IMG/VR virus record: IMGVR_UViG_3300033121_000711
Location: 28,713 to 92,712 of that record
Origin: a virus
Lineage: Duplodnaviria > Caudoviricetes
Strand: one strand, 5' to 3'
DNA: 64,000 bases
Part shown: piece after piece, positions 38,669-50,009 of the stretch
How the letters are laid out: the number at the start of each line of letters is the position of its first letter
Position numbering within the stretch: position 1 is the stretch's first letter
Notes under the pieces: model-generated
The model's database searches: none
What the model saw: only the letters and a program-made list of their open reading frames with translations
Told to the model about the DNA's origin: nothing
Made by a program: the position numbers and the translations under genes

Positions 38669-39250
38669 CTATCTTCTCCATTTGAGTGTTACCGTCTCAG
38701 GTTGTGATGCTAGTTTTTCCGACATATTGTTACGATCGATACTTCGTAGCCAGGGAAATTGAACATACAGCTTCTTACAAATTTCAGGTCTAACACGTTC
38801 CTGTTTACCTTTATAGAATGGTTCAGCGAGTAACGCTCTGGCAATCCCTAGGTCAATATCCATTCCTACAACTGCTTTAACACAGTCTAAGGAACTGACT
38901 TCCGACTCGAAGCCAATCATCTGGGAATCTGGTGTCGGGTTATTAACAACCAGATCATATATTGGTGGTATAGGTATAGGTCCACGCAAGACAAAAGCAA
39001 AACTGTAAGAATCTTGAAGCTTATCCCAGTCTGGTGGAAAGGCTTCTTTCTGCTCGAACATAAAATCCAGAGTGGTGAATTTAACACCATACTCTCTAAG
39101 AACTTTACTGGCCCGTCTTCGGCAAGATTCTTGAGTCGATCGTGAAAACTTACGAATAATGATTCTAATATCCGCAAACTCGGCCCACCAATCCGAGCCA
39201 CAAAGTCTGGGATTCCTATAAAATCTGCTATCAACAGCTTGGACAAACAT
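38669..39250 (-). CDS. Hypothetical protein
   Basis: Coupled ORF. Confidence 0.55.
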   Translation of the reverse strand: MFVQAVDSRFYRNPRLCGSDWWAEFADIRIIIRKFSRSTQESCRRRASKVLREYGVKFTTLDFMFEQKEAFPPDWDKLQDSYSFAFVLRGPIPIPPIYDLVVNNPTPDSQMIGFESEVSSLDCVKAVVGMDIDLGIARALLAEPFYKGKQERVRPEICKKLYVQFPWLRSIDRNNMSEKLASQPETVTLKWRR

Positions 39251-39675
39251 TAGACGATCCTTCTGGCTTTATACCTATCGTTGATGATAATAGCTTCAAG
39301 CGTACTAATAAGCTTCTTCTTGAAGCGTATCATGCCTTCAACTACATCCATAGGGTAGTAAGATTTCCATTCCCAATCCTGATGCTTGTGAGGTTCACGA
39401 TTAACAATCTCTCCTTCCCACTCTTTAATATAGTAAAAGAATATGACTTTATTTCGCAGATCCTCAAATCCAATAAAAATAATCTTTTTAGCAGTAATAC
39501 CAGTCTCTTCTAAAAGCTCCCTAGCTACTGCTTCTTCAAGACTTTCATTGGATTCGGCTTTACCGCCAGGTGGCGTGTAACGACCATCGTCAGCACGCCT
39601 AGCGAATAAAGTCTTACCATTCTGCATAACAATAGCTGAGACGATAACTTTTTTCATAGCTTGAAAAGTTCCCAA
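39250..39675 (-). CDS. Nudix hydrolase
   Basis: Nudix box GGKAESNESLEEAVARELLEETG. Confidence 0.9.
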   Translation of the reverse strand: MGTFQAMKKVIVSAIVMQNGKTLFARRADDGRYTPPGGKAESNESLEEAVARELLEETGITAKKIIFIGFEDLRNKVIFFYYIKEWEGEIVNREPHKHQDWEWKSYYPMDVVEGMIRFKKKLISTLEAIIINDRYKARRIV

Positions 39676-40532
39676 GTCTTAGGGAAAGACGCCTTAATGT
39701 ATTCACCCACACCATTGGCAAACATACGGATCTCATACTGTGCATCTGGAGCCATTCGTAGCGTAAGAAATGCCAGCCAGTTTCGTAGATCCGTACTAGC
39801 CATCATACGCGAGTAACGTCCTACAGTGACAGCTAATCGAGCAAGTTCTTTTGGGATACCAATAGACAATCCATATTGATAAATATTCTCACCAACATGG
39901 TAATAGTCAGACATTATATCAAGCCACTTAAGAGCTTTCTCGTGAGTAAGCTCATCAGCTCCCACAATCTGACCAGCTTGACGATTCTTGCCATTAACCA
40001 TTAAACAGCGTTCAACTGTTGGCAAATAATCATTAGGCGGTAGCGGGGTGTAGCGGGCGGACATTTCATTATAAGATTGAGTCCTGTGACGATGCCATTC
40101 CCGGAACACCATAATAGGGGCTTGAGCAGTGATTGTCATGCCAGCCATCTCAAAAGGTGTGGCATGTTTCTTTGTCCAGAGGAAATTAAGAAGCTTTTGA
40201 TCACCAGCCAATTGACCTTTACCGTTGCAAGTGAAACATGGTAGATTTTTCATAACCTCAATATATCTACCAGGAACCAGAGCACCATGCTCCCACCTTG
40301 GAGATGTAGCCCATTCTTTAACGGCTTGTATAGTAAGACCTGTACCATTACAAGCTTCACAAGTCTCAGGTCCCCATCCAAGGAATCCCTTACCGGTGCT
40401 CATACGAGCAGCTTCTACAATCCTTTCATCCGACCCCCATGCTTCTTCAAATTCGAGATAACCGTGATCAAGAATATTCTGGCGGTTCGTCCCCATTTTT
40501 CCACCAATCACTTTCGTCTCTAGTCTCAACAA
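39654..40532 (-). CDS. thyX: Flavin-dependent thymidylate synthase with a zinc-finger-like insertion
   Basis: ThyX motif RHRTQSYNEMSARY; HATPFE, ELAR, HAQ-like DAQYEIR. Confidence 0.92.
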   Translation of the reverse strand: MLRLETKVIGGKMGTNRQNILDHGYLEFEEAWGSDERIVEAARMSTGKGFLGWGPETCEACNGTGLTIQAVKEWATSPRWEHGALVPGRYIEVMKNLPCFTCNGKGQLAGDQKLLNFLWTKKHATPFEMAGMTITAQAPIMVFREWHRHRTQSYNEMSARYTPLPPNDYLPTVERCLMVNGKNRQAGQIVGADELTHEKALKWLDIMSDYYHVGENIYQYGLSIGIPKELARLAVTVGRYSRMMASTDLRNWLAFLTLRMAPDAQYEIRMFANGVGEYIKASFPKTWELFKL

Positions 40533-40889
40533 TTGTTATAGAATTAACAGATGCACGACCAACTAAGAATCCAAAGAAACAAGCAAGAAATCCTACAAAA
40601 ACTAAGTCAGCCCAATCTGACTGCACGGTATTCTCTCCGTGAAAATCCGCACCGTTGAATCAGATGTTCTATGAACAATAAAGACAAGTCTCCGGTGCAG
40701 TTGTACTGTTTCTGATAACTTTCTAATACCAGTAAGTACCTTTTCAACCACTCCCTGTGATCGCCGTAGCATACAATATTAGGCGTTTCACCGCATAGTT
40801 TTTTGATTGCATCGATCCATTTATCGTACTCAGCTTTTATGTCAAAGTCATCTGGACCTTGTAAGATAAAAGAACCAAGAAGACAGAAA

Positions 40890-41282
40890 CTAACTTGATA
40901 TAGCATTTGAGAGTAGTATCTTTATAGTTGTTTGAAAAGCTTCTAAAGAAGTAGACACATGAATGATATCTTCAATATCATAAAACAACGTCTTATTATT
41001 CGGATCAACATCGACCAGAATAATTGGCTTTTCGCAAGTTAACGCGACACCTAATTCTATATGAGATCCACGACCACCAGGCATTAACATTATGAACACT
41101 TCGCATTCCTCAATAGCTTCAATCATAGCTAATGGGCAAGGATTTGAAGTATTCACCCAATCATAAGCTTGGACTATACCGATCTTAGCGAATTCTTTCT
41201 GCCAAAACTGTACCTCATCCACGTCTTTAAGACTAGCAGAGATATATACTTGACGCCTACACCCAGTAAGTAATGAACTCAT
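40890..41282 (-). CDS. Nucleoside 2-deoxyribosyltransferase-like protein
   Basis: VYISAS; AIEEC.VFI....GGRGSHIELG.A....KPI. Confidence 0.65.
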   Translation of the reverse strand: MSSLLTGCRRQVYISASLKDVDEVQFWQKEFAKIGIVQAYDWVNTSNPCPLAMIEAIEECEVFIMLMPGGRGSHIELGVALTCEKPIILVDVDPNNKTLFYDIEDIIHVSTSLEAFQTTIKILLSNAISS

Positions 41283-41801
41283 GATCTCTCAATCTCCCTG
41301 CCCAAGCTGGGACTTTACACATGGGCTTCCAGTAATATCGGATAGACTTATACTTGCAAGGCTTATTGGCATTAAGAATCAAATTCTCAACAATTTGAAA
41401 CTTTTCATCATAAGTAAAAGCTCGCTTAGTACCTATGTGGTAGACGACAATGATTATTTTCATCGCACAGCCCGTATAATGGCATCTGCCATACTATACC
41501 TCTCTTTCATTTCATAAAGGAATTGTTTCACAGGCTCATCAGGAAATAGATTTTCAATTCCTGGTGGCTTGGGCATAAGCATTGCCAGAAAATCTCTTAA
41601 AGTTATAGATACTTCTGTTTTGCTTGTGAACTCCCTAGTCATCACTCAACATCCTTCTTCGCATTTCTTCTAATTTTTTCTCAAGCTCAAACAGTTCTTC
41701 TACATCCTCAGTCCAACCGCAACGTGGACAAGGAGGCATTGAAGTTACAGGGCCAACCCAACCAAATCTTTTACCGCATTTTGGACAAGTTGCATCGTTC
41801 A

Positions 41802-42212
41802 TTAGTATACCAGATAAGGGAATTGCTCACTAACTAATAGATTGCCTAACATTAGCGGACTAGGCAATCTACACCATCTGAACCACTGCCAGACTTCACA
41901 TTTATCTGGTTCCATGACTTTAGCTTCACCACTAGTATGTAAAGCCATCATGAAAATGGTTACATAGTGTTTGTTCTCTTCCGGGTAGATTGTGTTCACG
42001 GTCGTGAAATATCTAAGATCATGGATCTTAAGATCAGGACCGCATTCTTCGTGAATCTCACGACGAGCACAATCTTCAAACGATTCTTTGTATTCGAGAT
42101 GGCCACCGGGTGAGGACCAGTGGCCAGCACAATGATTACCTTTACGTTTGTGTAAAAGCAACTCATCTCTATTACGGAAAATCAAAACACCTAATCCTAC
42201 TTGGGGACGCAT
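41802..42212 (-). CDS. Nudix hydrolase (NUDT15/NUDT1-like)
   Basis: RPQVG.GV, PGGHLE..ESFE.CA.RE..EE, HYVTIF, EPDKC..W.W. Confidence 0.9.
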   Translation of the reverse strand: MRPQVGLGVLIFRNRDELLLHKRKGNHCAGHWSSPGGHLEYKESFEDCARREIHEECGPDLKIHDLRYFTTVNTIYPEENKHYVTIFMMALHTSGEAKVMEPDKCEVWQWFRWCRLPSPLMLGNLLVSEQFPYLVY

Positions 42213-42742
42213 AATATTCTCATACCTTTATAAAAAGGTCCAGGACTTCTTAGAAAATCTAACCACCAACGATCACAATCAACATCTTCAAGAGCATCAG
42301 CTAGTAACTGAAGCCAAAAAGTGTTTGGTTCTGTGAGCCACAAATCGATATAGTTGAGAACAGTAGGGGTATACCAGTCATGACACACTGGATGGGTGAA
42401 ACTTTTATAAATTTTGTTGTTCTTTTTCATGCAAACTGATGCTTGAACAACTGCTTGCGTCGTCAAGAAAGCGTATTTTAATTTATTCTTTCTGAGAAGT
42501 TGCCTATACATACACGCACAAGCCCATAAGTCGTATTGAATATCTGGATCATCTTCAGCTTCAAAATCTAGTAAGAGCGAGTGATAAATACCTTCTATGC
42601 GTTTCTTTTGAATTTTACCATCTATAAAAAGTTCAGCAAGTTCTAGCTCTTTTGAATTTGGTAACTCTTTCACAAGAGCTAAGCAGAACAGATCAAGATT
42701 TTCAATAGATTCTAGAACGTTTTTAGGTAGCCAATTAGGCAT
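42197..42742 (-). CDS. Protein with Gemmataceae-type C-terminal LADALE motif
   Basis: W.TPTV...LLADALEDVDC....L..LRSPGP. Confidence 0.6.
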   Translation of the reverse strand: MPNWLPKNVLESIENLDLFCLALVKELPNSKELELAELFIDGKIQKKRIEGIYHSLLLDFEAEDDPDIQYDLWACACMYRQLLRKNKLKYAFLTTQAVVQASVCMKKNNKIYKSFTHPVCHDWYTPTVLNYIDLWLTEPNTFWLQLLADALEDVDCDRWWLDFLRSPGPFYKGMRILCVPK

Positions 42743-42755
42743 ATTCTATCTCCAT

Positions 42756-42897
42756 TATAGATTGCGGGATTTGAACCCACGGTCCCCAGCGTATCAGTTA
42801 CGGCTTTGCAACCAGGGATCTTGCTCGTATTCACATTTAGTCCGAAGATCTAAGCATAACCTTACGGTATCAAAGATCCACACTCATGCAAATCTAT
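42756..42897 (-). ncRNA. Oversized tRNA-like RNA (142 nt)
   Basis: Acceptor ATAGATT/AATCTAT-A; T-arm GTGGG-TTCAAAT-CCCGC; expanded central arms. Confidence 0.45.
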
Positions 42898-42903
42898 ACC
42901 ATG

Positions 42904-43413
42904 CTACATCATTAGCAGCATACTAAGAGCGGTCAAAATGCCGTGTGCTTCAAGCATTAAATCTTGAGCACCATCAACAAGATAGGTTACACTATCTTCA
43001 TCATCGCTAGTCCACCAACCAGCAGCATAAAGACATTGATTACAGCAATCTGCCCAACGACTTTCATCGTAGGCCAAACTTGCAGCATTAAGATTAGCCA
43101 ATCCTGAATTATAGGATTCGTTAGCTTCTCCTAGTGCATTATACGCAAGATCCATTAGATTGTAAGCATCGTTCAAATACTCCTCAAGATCCTCAAGAGG
43201 AATATTACCTTGGTACGCAAGGTATGATGCGTATACCGTATTGTACTCGATGTCGAGACCCTCGTAAGCATCGACACCCTCGTCATAGACCTCAATTGCA
43301 GCAGCCTGTTCTTGGAGGGCAAGAATTTTCGCATTAAATGCGTCTTGTGCTGTCTGCCCAAACAGAGGCTGGATAACCAAAAGCAATGCGAGCAAAACAA
43401 ATCGAAACATCAC
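42904..43413 (-). CDS. Secreted acidic helical protein
   Basis: Signal peptide; Asp/Glu/Tyr/Ala-rich, almost no basic residues. Confidence 0.6.
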   Translation of the reverse strand: MMFRFVLLALLLVIQPLFGQTAQDAFNAKILALQEQAAAIEVYDEGVDAYEGLDIEYNTVYASYLAYQGNIPLEDLEEYLNDAYNLMDLAYNALGEANESYNSGLANLNAASLAYDESRWADCCNQCLYAAGWWTSDDEDSVTYLVDGAQDLMLEAHGILTALSMLLMM

Positions 43414-43883
43414 TTTCCCTTTCTACAGGAACAGGTAACAACTTGACCATTATCGGGCGAATACCACTGACCTTCGTCGCGACAGGCGATACACTTATAC
43501 ATTCTAGGACCGCCTACTTTTGGCGGATTTTCTAAAAGACTTTTCTCTAGCTTTATTAGAGCTTCTTCAATAGTATCGCCTTCGACTTCACGCTCAAGAG
43601 TATTACCGTCAAAGATGTAATACTGAGCCATCCAACCATCTACAGTATAAAGTATTTCAATCGTTTGATGGAGTTGCACGAATCTGTCGAGGCTCATAAT
43701 TTTTTTCTCCAATACCAATGCTTCGTGAAAGTGATAGCGTCAACATACTCCTCTAAAGTATAGTTACGCCAATCATCAAGAGCATTGTATATGTTATAGC
43801 AATGACGATATTGTTCATCATAACCAATATCTTCGATATTAGGAATCATTTTAGTAAGTTCTGCTAAAATGCCTATATAATCG

Positions 43884-44951
43884 TCAGGACTCATACTTTC
43901 TCCAGTAGCGAGCTTCTTTAGGAATACCAGAATCCGTTAGCTCGCGATACTTGAAAGTGATAATAGATCCTCGAGGGAATTTAGGATTGTAAAACGTCTC
44001 AGGTATAATTTCACCTGGATGCGAACAACCATATTCAAAAGCATTATCTGCCGGATTTATACCTACGACACTCATAACACGTTCATCGTCAGTGAATCCA
44101 GAAAGTTCAAAAGTGTGCCCTTTGAACTTACAAATCAAGGCACCCATCTTACCAAGTAATTTGCTACCTTTATCGGTCTCACGACCCCAAGTGTAGCCAG
44201 TTACTACAGCTTCAGCATCGAGTAATGTCTTGATTTTCAATAATGTTCTTGATCTTTGTGGTGCCCACAAACTCATAGGGTTACGCACCATAATACCCTC
44301 AGCACCTGATTGGGTGATAAGGTCAAGTTGTCTGGAAAGTTCCTCCTCAGCCTCTGCTCCTCTATGGTGTAGAGTGTGCTGCTTGTGAACGTTAAAAACT
44401 TCGTTTCTTTCTCCACGTTCTCGAAGCCATTCGTAGACGTATTTAAATTCCCATCTTGCTGGCTTGATTGTGGGCAGCCATCCAAGTTTTGACAAGACAT
44501 TTACAAAACTCTTTCTAAAGTTTGTATTGTCAATCTCGCCATTAGAAAAGATAACGTGTGATGGCGGGCTATCAAAAGCCATATAATAGACGTTAGACCA
44601 TCCACTATCAGGAGTTAGTTTCTTGACCGTGGAAATCAATTCTTGAAAAGAATTACGTCCAATATACAACTCGCCATCGAGAAAGAAATTTGGCATTTTA
44701 TCAAGCCACCAATCAGGGGCTTGAATAGGCTTACCGTACCTACTCCAAAGTCCGGTAGCTTTTGGTGCCGTCACATAACGACCGTCTTTTTCAGTGTTTG
44801 CGAACGGCACATCGGTAGTCAATAGACCACGAGTTATACCACCGTCCCAAAAAGCACGACAACCGTCAAGCTTTTCAGACCACATCCATGAACCAATAGG
44901 CTCGTTACCTTTACGTGGATGTGCAAGCATTAAGAATTCGCGTTTTGCCAT
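43884..44951 (-). CDS. lig: ATP-dependent DNA ligase
   Basis: SEKLDG.RA.W, LDGEL, EGIM.R, LLK.K, TFKY..LT..G.P motifs. Confidence 0.9.
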   Translation of the reverse strand: MAKREFLMLAHPRKGNEPIGSWMWSEKLDGCRAFWDGGITRGLLTTDVPFANTEKDGRYVTAPKATGLWSRYGKPIQAPDWWLDKMPNFFLDGELYIGRNSFQELISTVKKLTPDSGWSNVYYMAFDSPPSHVIFSNGEIDNTNFRKSFVNVLSKLGWLPTIKPARWEFKYVYEWLRERGERNEVFNVHKQHTLHHRGAEAEEELSRQLDLITQSGAEGIMVRNPMSLWAPQRSRTLLKIKTLLDAEAVVTGYTWGRETDKGSKLLGKMGALICKFKGHTFELSGFTDDERVMSVVGINPADNAFEYGCSHPGEIIPETFYNPKFPRGSIITFKYRELTDSGIPKEARYWRKYES

Positions 44952-45638
44952 GTTACCCCAAATAAGTGAAGCTCGTCTCGGTGGATTGGAAAATATCTGC
45001 CTAAAACACCATCAGCTCTATTCAAGTATTCACAAAAATTTATAGCCTCTTCTAAAGTAGGTGCGGTTTGCAATGTCATTTTTACAGTATTTTTAAGCAT
45101 CCTAAAAATGTAGTACATACTTAAGTTCGTAAAGTCTCTACTGTAATATCCGCGAAAAAAGAAGTTATTTCTACATCTGGTTCATCTTCACTTGCGAATT
45201 TAACATTTAAAAGCTTAAAGCCTAAGTCTCTAACATGCTTTTCACAAGCTTCTTTGATTTCAGCCTCTGAGAGAGTCAACATTATACGCATACTATTCTC
45301 CATCACAGTTTGGACAAGGTATCCAACGAGTTTTAATACCTACCGCACGATCATTAGCTGATGGTAAACACTTTCTACAACCAGCTTTACGGGCTTCTTT
45401 ATAATGATCGCAACATTTAAGACCTAGAAATTGTAAAATCGTTTTTACAGTCTCACGATCAAAAATATCTAAAGGAACAATTCGACGTTTCTCTAATATG
45501 ACTGGGACATTTCTAAGATGCGGTAAATGTTTCCTTAATAAAAGTCTCACTTTAGATGGTATGTTTTTAACATACACAGGTTTTCTTATAGGTGGTAGTT
45601 CGCCTTGATCTTTCAAAAAATCTAAAGCGACCATCCAA

Positions 45639-46198
45639 TCATCTATCGATAATATTGTTATACCAGACATAAAATTCTTCTTTTGTTTTACCTTCTGGCA
45701 AATCCAAAGTAATAACAGGCACCCATTCATTATGGAGAAACGACCAGGTTACTTTTGTAACTCTTAACTCGACTCGATCTCCACTCCAGAACTGGGCAGA
45801 CTGAATAAAATCGCCAATCCTGGGCAGAATTGGTAAAGTTTTAGGCCATATTTCATGCTGACTCAAGCTTAAGAAGATTTGACAAACTACTTTCATATGA
45901 AATAACTTTTTCCTTTCTCGGTTATCTCACCGTACCATGTGTAAAAATGGGTCAGATTTTCAAATCTTGTAGGTACAGTTAATTCGATTTTAGGATACCA
46001 AATCTTTTTTCCGTTTGGTTGCTTCAATACAATAGATTCCTTCCAAACTATCCTACAAACTGCAAGTTCTAGTCTACGACCTTTTGACCAAGTATAACTT
46101 GATTCGATAAGATCGCCTACATGAGGTAGAGCCGGCAATTCATCCGGCCAGATTTCACAAGATAACAGATCAAGATTTGTGACACAAGCTACGTACAT
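45639..46198 (-). CDS. Two tandem paralogous hypothetical proteins (45639..45896 and 45893..46198)
   Basis: Both share EIWP..LP.LP..GD.I.S...WS and EL.V....W. Confidence 0.6.
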
Positions 46199-47148
46199 TT
46201 ATACGTTACCTTTACATCTGTCATATTGCCAAGGAACAAATGACTATTAACGAACACTGGCGGTCGTCGAATACGTTTGCGAAGTGATCCATTAGGACCA
46301 TATGGCTGATTACAGTAGTGTCCACGTCGAAGATGTGGATGAACCTGTTCACCAGTATCTTTAGCTTCTTTATCTGTTACAACCTTTCTCGTGTACAATA
46401 CCGGGGTTTGATCGATTGTGTAAACAATCGGATGCATTTTGAGTTCAAGCTCTGCATCTTTTTCATGACCTGTCTTCTTTTTTGACCGTCGCTGAAGACG
46501 ATCATAATGTGATGGATTTTGAGGACCAACTCTTTTAGTCCCAAACTCATCAAGAAGTAGACAATAATTTAAAGCAATTTTGACAGCTTTAACAAAAGCC
46601 TCACCTAAGAGTTCAAAATTACCCTCTAAGCGTTCTACAATATAATCTTCAAGTGTTTGACCGTCTCTAGGAAGCCATACACTATTGATTTTATCAGACT
46701 CGCTATCAATAGCATTAAAGAATATCAACCTCTCCTCTTTGAAATGTTGCAAAATAACAGTATCAACTGTGTTACCGTTAGATAATACAAGCTGTTTTGA
46801 AGCTTCCTCAGGAAGCTCAATCACAACTGTTGGAAAAGGTTGATTGTAATCGTCAAACTCAATATTTAATGTCGTATGTAACGACATTAAAGCTTGCATA
46901 GCAGTTGGACGGAAGACTTTGATTCCGCGACCAAAAAGCTCGGCGTCTAAAAAAGCATCAATAGCGTTATTGTTTTTATCTAATGGATACGGTACAACCT
47001 TTTGAACTAAATGTTTAGGTATTTTGTAGAAGACTTCAGCATCGGCATCGCCAGTTCTTTTGATGTTTACTAGATCTTTTTCAGCTAAAAGTCCAGCCAT
47101 TGTAACATAGCCTTTAGGCAATTTTTGAATATACTTTAAAATACTCAT
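46189..47148 (-). CDS. Phage hypothetical protein with PHxRRGH motif
   Basis: HPHLRRGHY.NQPYG C-terminal motif. Confidence 0.6.
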   Translation of the reverse strand: MSILKYIQKLPKGYVTMAGLLAEKDLVNIKRTGDADAEVFYKIPKHLVQKVVPYPLDKNNNAIDAFLDAELFGRGIKVFRPTAMQALMSLHTTLNIEFDDYNQPFPTVVIELPEEASKQLVLSNGNTVDTVILQHFKEERLIFFNAIDSESDKINSVWLPRDGQTLEDYIVERLEGNFELLGEAFVKAVKIALNYCLLLDEFGTKRVGPQNPSHYDRLQRRSKKKTGHEKDAELELKMHPIVYTIDQTPVLYTRKVVTDKEAKDTGEQVHPHLRRGHYCNQPYGPNGSLRKRIRRPPVFVNSHLFLGNMTDVKVTYKCT

Positions 47149-47836
47149 TAGATCTCAACCTCAATAGTGTAAGGAATAGTTAATTTTAAATAGTGCGGCT
47201 TTATATATTGAAATAAAACCAGCATAACTAAAAATATCGATAGCTGCATAACTATCAGTGCAATCTAGATCGTGATATTCGCCCTGTGTAATGTTATGTG
47301 CAGTTGGAAAAAGTCTTTTGATGGCTGTTAATAGCGGCTTTTTCGTAGCCAAATCTTCTTTAGTGACATTAATTTCAAATTTCATAAATATCTGACGTTC
47401 CCCAAGGAGGTGTACCTTTAACAACAAAAACATCACCTTCACGGATTTTTACTAACAGTTCACATTCTTCTTTAGTTATATTGTATTTTGTAATATTGTA
47501 CTCCGCCTCTTTTAATAAAGTGATTTGTGTTTTATTGATAAGCACTCCATTTGTTATTCTGGCGAATTTAATCAAAGAGCTATAAGCTTCACGTTCTTCT
47601 AAACACTCCCAATACTCGGTCGAGTCTTGAGTGCGGGCAGAACACTCGTAAAGACCGTTAAGTTTTCTTAAAATGTTGTACATATTGTTGTATCCTAGCT
47701 TTTTCAAGCGGTGAAAATAGATCTGGATAAAATTGATCTAAGATCACTTTAACAAATATATCCAGATTTTTAGTTTCTGTGGGACGTATCAGTTCTAGAC
47801 AGAAGGAAAATCCAGGTACAGTGTCTAGAAAATCTC

Positions 47837-48079
47837 TTAAGTACACAATCTATTAAAATCCTTTTCTGTGAACTTGCTGAAACATTCAAAATACGGCTTA
47901 AATGGATTCTTTAAATGACATTCTTTGAACTTTAAGCCGGAACGACAAGGACATTTTTGATTTCTACCTACCTTTGGTTGGTTCTTAAGAGGCGTGCATG
48001 TTAAAACTTGATTCTTAGTTTGATTCTTAGTTTGATTTTCACTTAGTAATAAGGCTAATGCAATGGCAGCTATCCTCAC
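47837..48079 (-). CDS. SEC-C motif protein
   Basis: KVGRNQKCPCRSGLKFKECH. Confidence 0.75.
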   Translation of the reverse strand: MRIAAIALALLLSENQTKNQTKNQVLTCTPLKNQPKVGRNQKCPCRSGLKFKECHLKNPFKPYFECFSKFTEKDFNRLCT

Positions 48080-48495
48080 TTTGACTTACCTTTCTCAGTA
48101 TCGATAACTTTTTGAAGAGCATCCACATGAGCTTGTATAGAATCTAAAACATAATCACTCATTCGAGTTTCATTTTCTTCAGACCTCCTTCTTATGAAAT
48201 TATCCATAGCAGTAAAACCTCTAACGAACCAATTGTCAATTGTAGCAAGAGTTGTAGTTCCTTTTGGATCTTTCTCCGGTACTGGTTGATTTTGAATTGT
48301 ATCGTTAAGATCGCTTAACTGTTTTATATACAATTGAAGCAAATCTCTTGACCTGGCACTCAGACCAAAAGGCAACGCCAATCTCGCTTCAATAATATGA
48401 ATCAGCCCTCCAAATCCACGAACAACCCAGTAATCAAAATCTGACATTTTTACTGGCATTACGCGTTTTCCTGTTGAAATTCTTGATAGAACCAA
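48076..48495 (-). CDS. Hypothetical protein with internal duplication
   Basis: DYWVVRGF / DNWFVRGF repeat. Confidence 0.5.
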   Translation of the reverse strand: MVLSRISTGKRVMPVKMSDFDYWVVRGFGGLIHIIEARLALPFGLSARSRDLLQLYIKQLSDLNDTIQNQPVPEKDPKGTTTLATIDNWFVRGFTAMDNFIRRRSEENETRMSDYVLDSIQAHVDALQKVIDTEKGKSK

Positions 48496-48937
48496 TAACT
48501 CTCTTAGCTGCTGAACACACGTTCTGTGCAGTTATTGGCCCGTGAGCCTGGATCGCATCTTTTAAAGATCCAGCAATTTCACGTTCAAACGACCCACGAA
48601 GACTAATATCGATCTCTTCAGCAAGAGTGAAATTTGTATTCCAACGGATATTTCGCTCTTTAGCTTCCTCAATCAAAGTGAAAAATTCCGGATCGACAAA
48701 GTCTTTCCATGTTTGAGACTTAGTCAATTCTTTACAGCTTTTCAAGAAATGCCTAAAATGAGGTATAGCGTCTGCCTGCATTTCATGGTAGACCCAAAGA
48801 GCAGCTTGACGTCTATACTCTGCAAGCTTTTGTAATCCAAGTAACAGTAAAGACACCTCATGATCTGAAAACGTAGACAATGGCTTATCCAGCCATTTTC
48901 GGATATTTTCGCTTTTACCTAGATAAATATCATCCAC
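48434..48937 (-). CDS. Hypothetical protein
   Basis: Coupled ORF. Confidence 0.5.
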   Translation of the reverse strand: MDDIYLGKSENIRKWLDKPLSTFSDHEVSLLLLGLQKLAEYRRQAALWVYHEMQADAIPHFRHFLKSCKELTKSQTWKDFVDPEFFTLIEEAKERNIRWNTNFTLAEEIDISLRGSFEREIAGSLKDAIQAHGPITAQNVCSAAKRVIGSIKNFNRKTRNASKNVRF

Positions 48938-49141
48938 GGATATACGCCTCGTAAATTGAGTTAGTGATGGCGACAGGACAAGGTACTATAGCCATCTCAG
49001 GATCTACTTCGTTATTTTTGCAAAACTCCACAGCTTCGTGTATAGATTTAAAAAGACCCCAAGGTGTATTGAACCAAACTTCCCATTGGGTAATACGCTC
49101 ATCGATATTACCCAATAGGATTTTATTACCATCAAAAACAA

Positions 49142-49624
49142 TCATTCTATCCCGTCCAAAAAATGAGCCGTATTATTAAAAATACGGGCAAGTTGATCGC
49201 TTATGCCAAAACGTTCTCGGTTGATTGAGATACTCTTAAGCAAATTACCGCCGGAATGACGTTCACCACTAGCCTTCCAATCCACAAGCATTTCGACAAG
49301 ATCAATCAATGTCATATCATTAATACCTTCTTTGAAATGTTGTGGATGGTGCCGATTCTTGGCATAATGGTGCTCTAAAGCCTTGTCCACAAAAGCTAGA
49401 CTTTCTTTGTATTCAGGACTATTGTAAACAATATCCTTTAACGGTTGAGCCTTACTAAGAATAGTAACTTCTGGCTCATCAAGTTTTGATTGATCGTGTT
49501 TCTCAGCTCGTTTTAGAAGCTCAACAATTACAGTATTGAGCAGGTTACGAACACGTTCAATATGACGCATCGTTTCAAAGTTATACGCACGTTCTTCAAC
49601 AGTCAACATAAAATCAACCTTCAA
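49142..49624 (-). CDS. DUF5662-like (HD-related) protein
   Basis: HI..V, HD.SK, HHY..NRHHP.H, EM..DW motifs. Confidence 0.75.
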   Translation of the reverse strand: MKVDFMLTVEERAYNFETMRHIERVRNLLNTVIVELLKRAEKHDQSKLDEPEVTILSKAQPLKDIVYNSPEYKESLAFVDKALEHHYAKNRHHPQHFKEGINDMTLIDLVEMLVDWKASGERHSGGNLLKSISINRERFGISDQLARIFNNTAHFLDGIE

Positions 49625-50009
49625 AGAATTCTATACCAGTTAAAAGCCTATACGCCTTAATCCAAACACTTTTCTTATCGCTCTCAGACATGAAATCTGT
49701 TTCTTTATTCCACGTCTCTAAAAAAGCGTTATTTAAAAGCTTCTCAGCTAATTCTGCAAAATACTGTTCCCTAGAATTTAGGGCATTTTTGATTTTATTA
49801 GCTTCACATGCTTTTGCACATAGACAAACTGTTTGAGTGACTTTATATACAACTTTATACGGAAATTCTTTAGAGTCGTTATCTTTGATATCGTACATCG
49901 TCTCTCCGAAGTGCCAAGCCTACGAGGGGCTTTCCTCAGCGTTTGTCGATCGCTGGCGTTCGGGAACACTTTGCCCTCGCGTTCCAATACGGGTAGGTCT
50001 ATCTAACGC

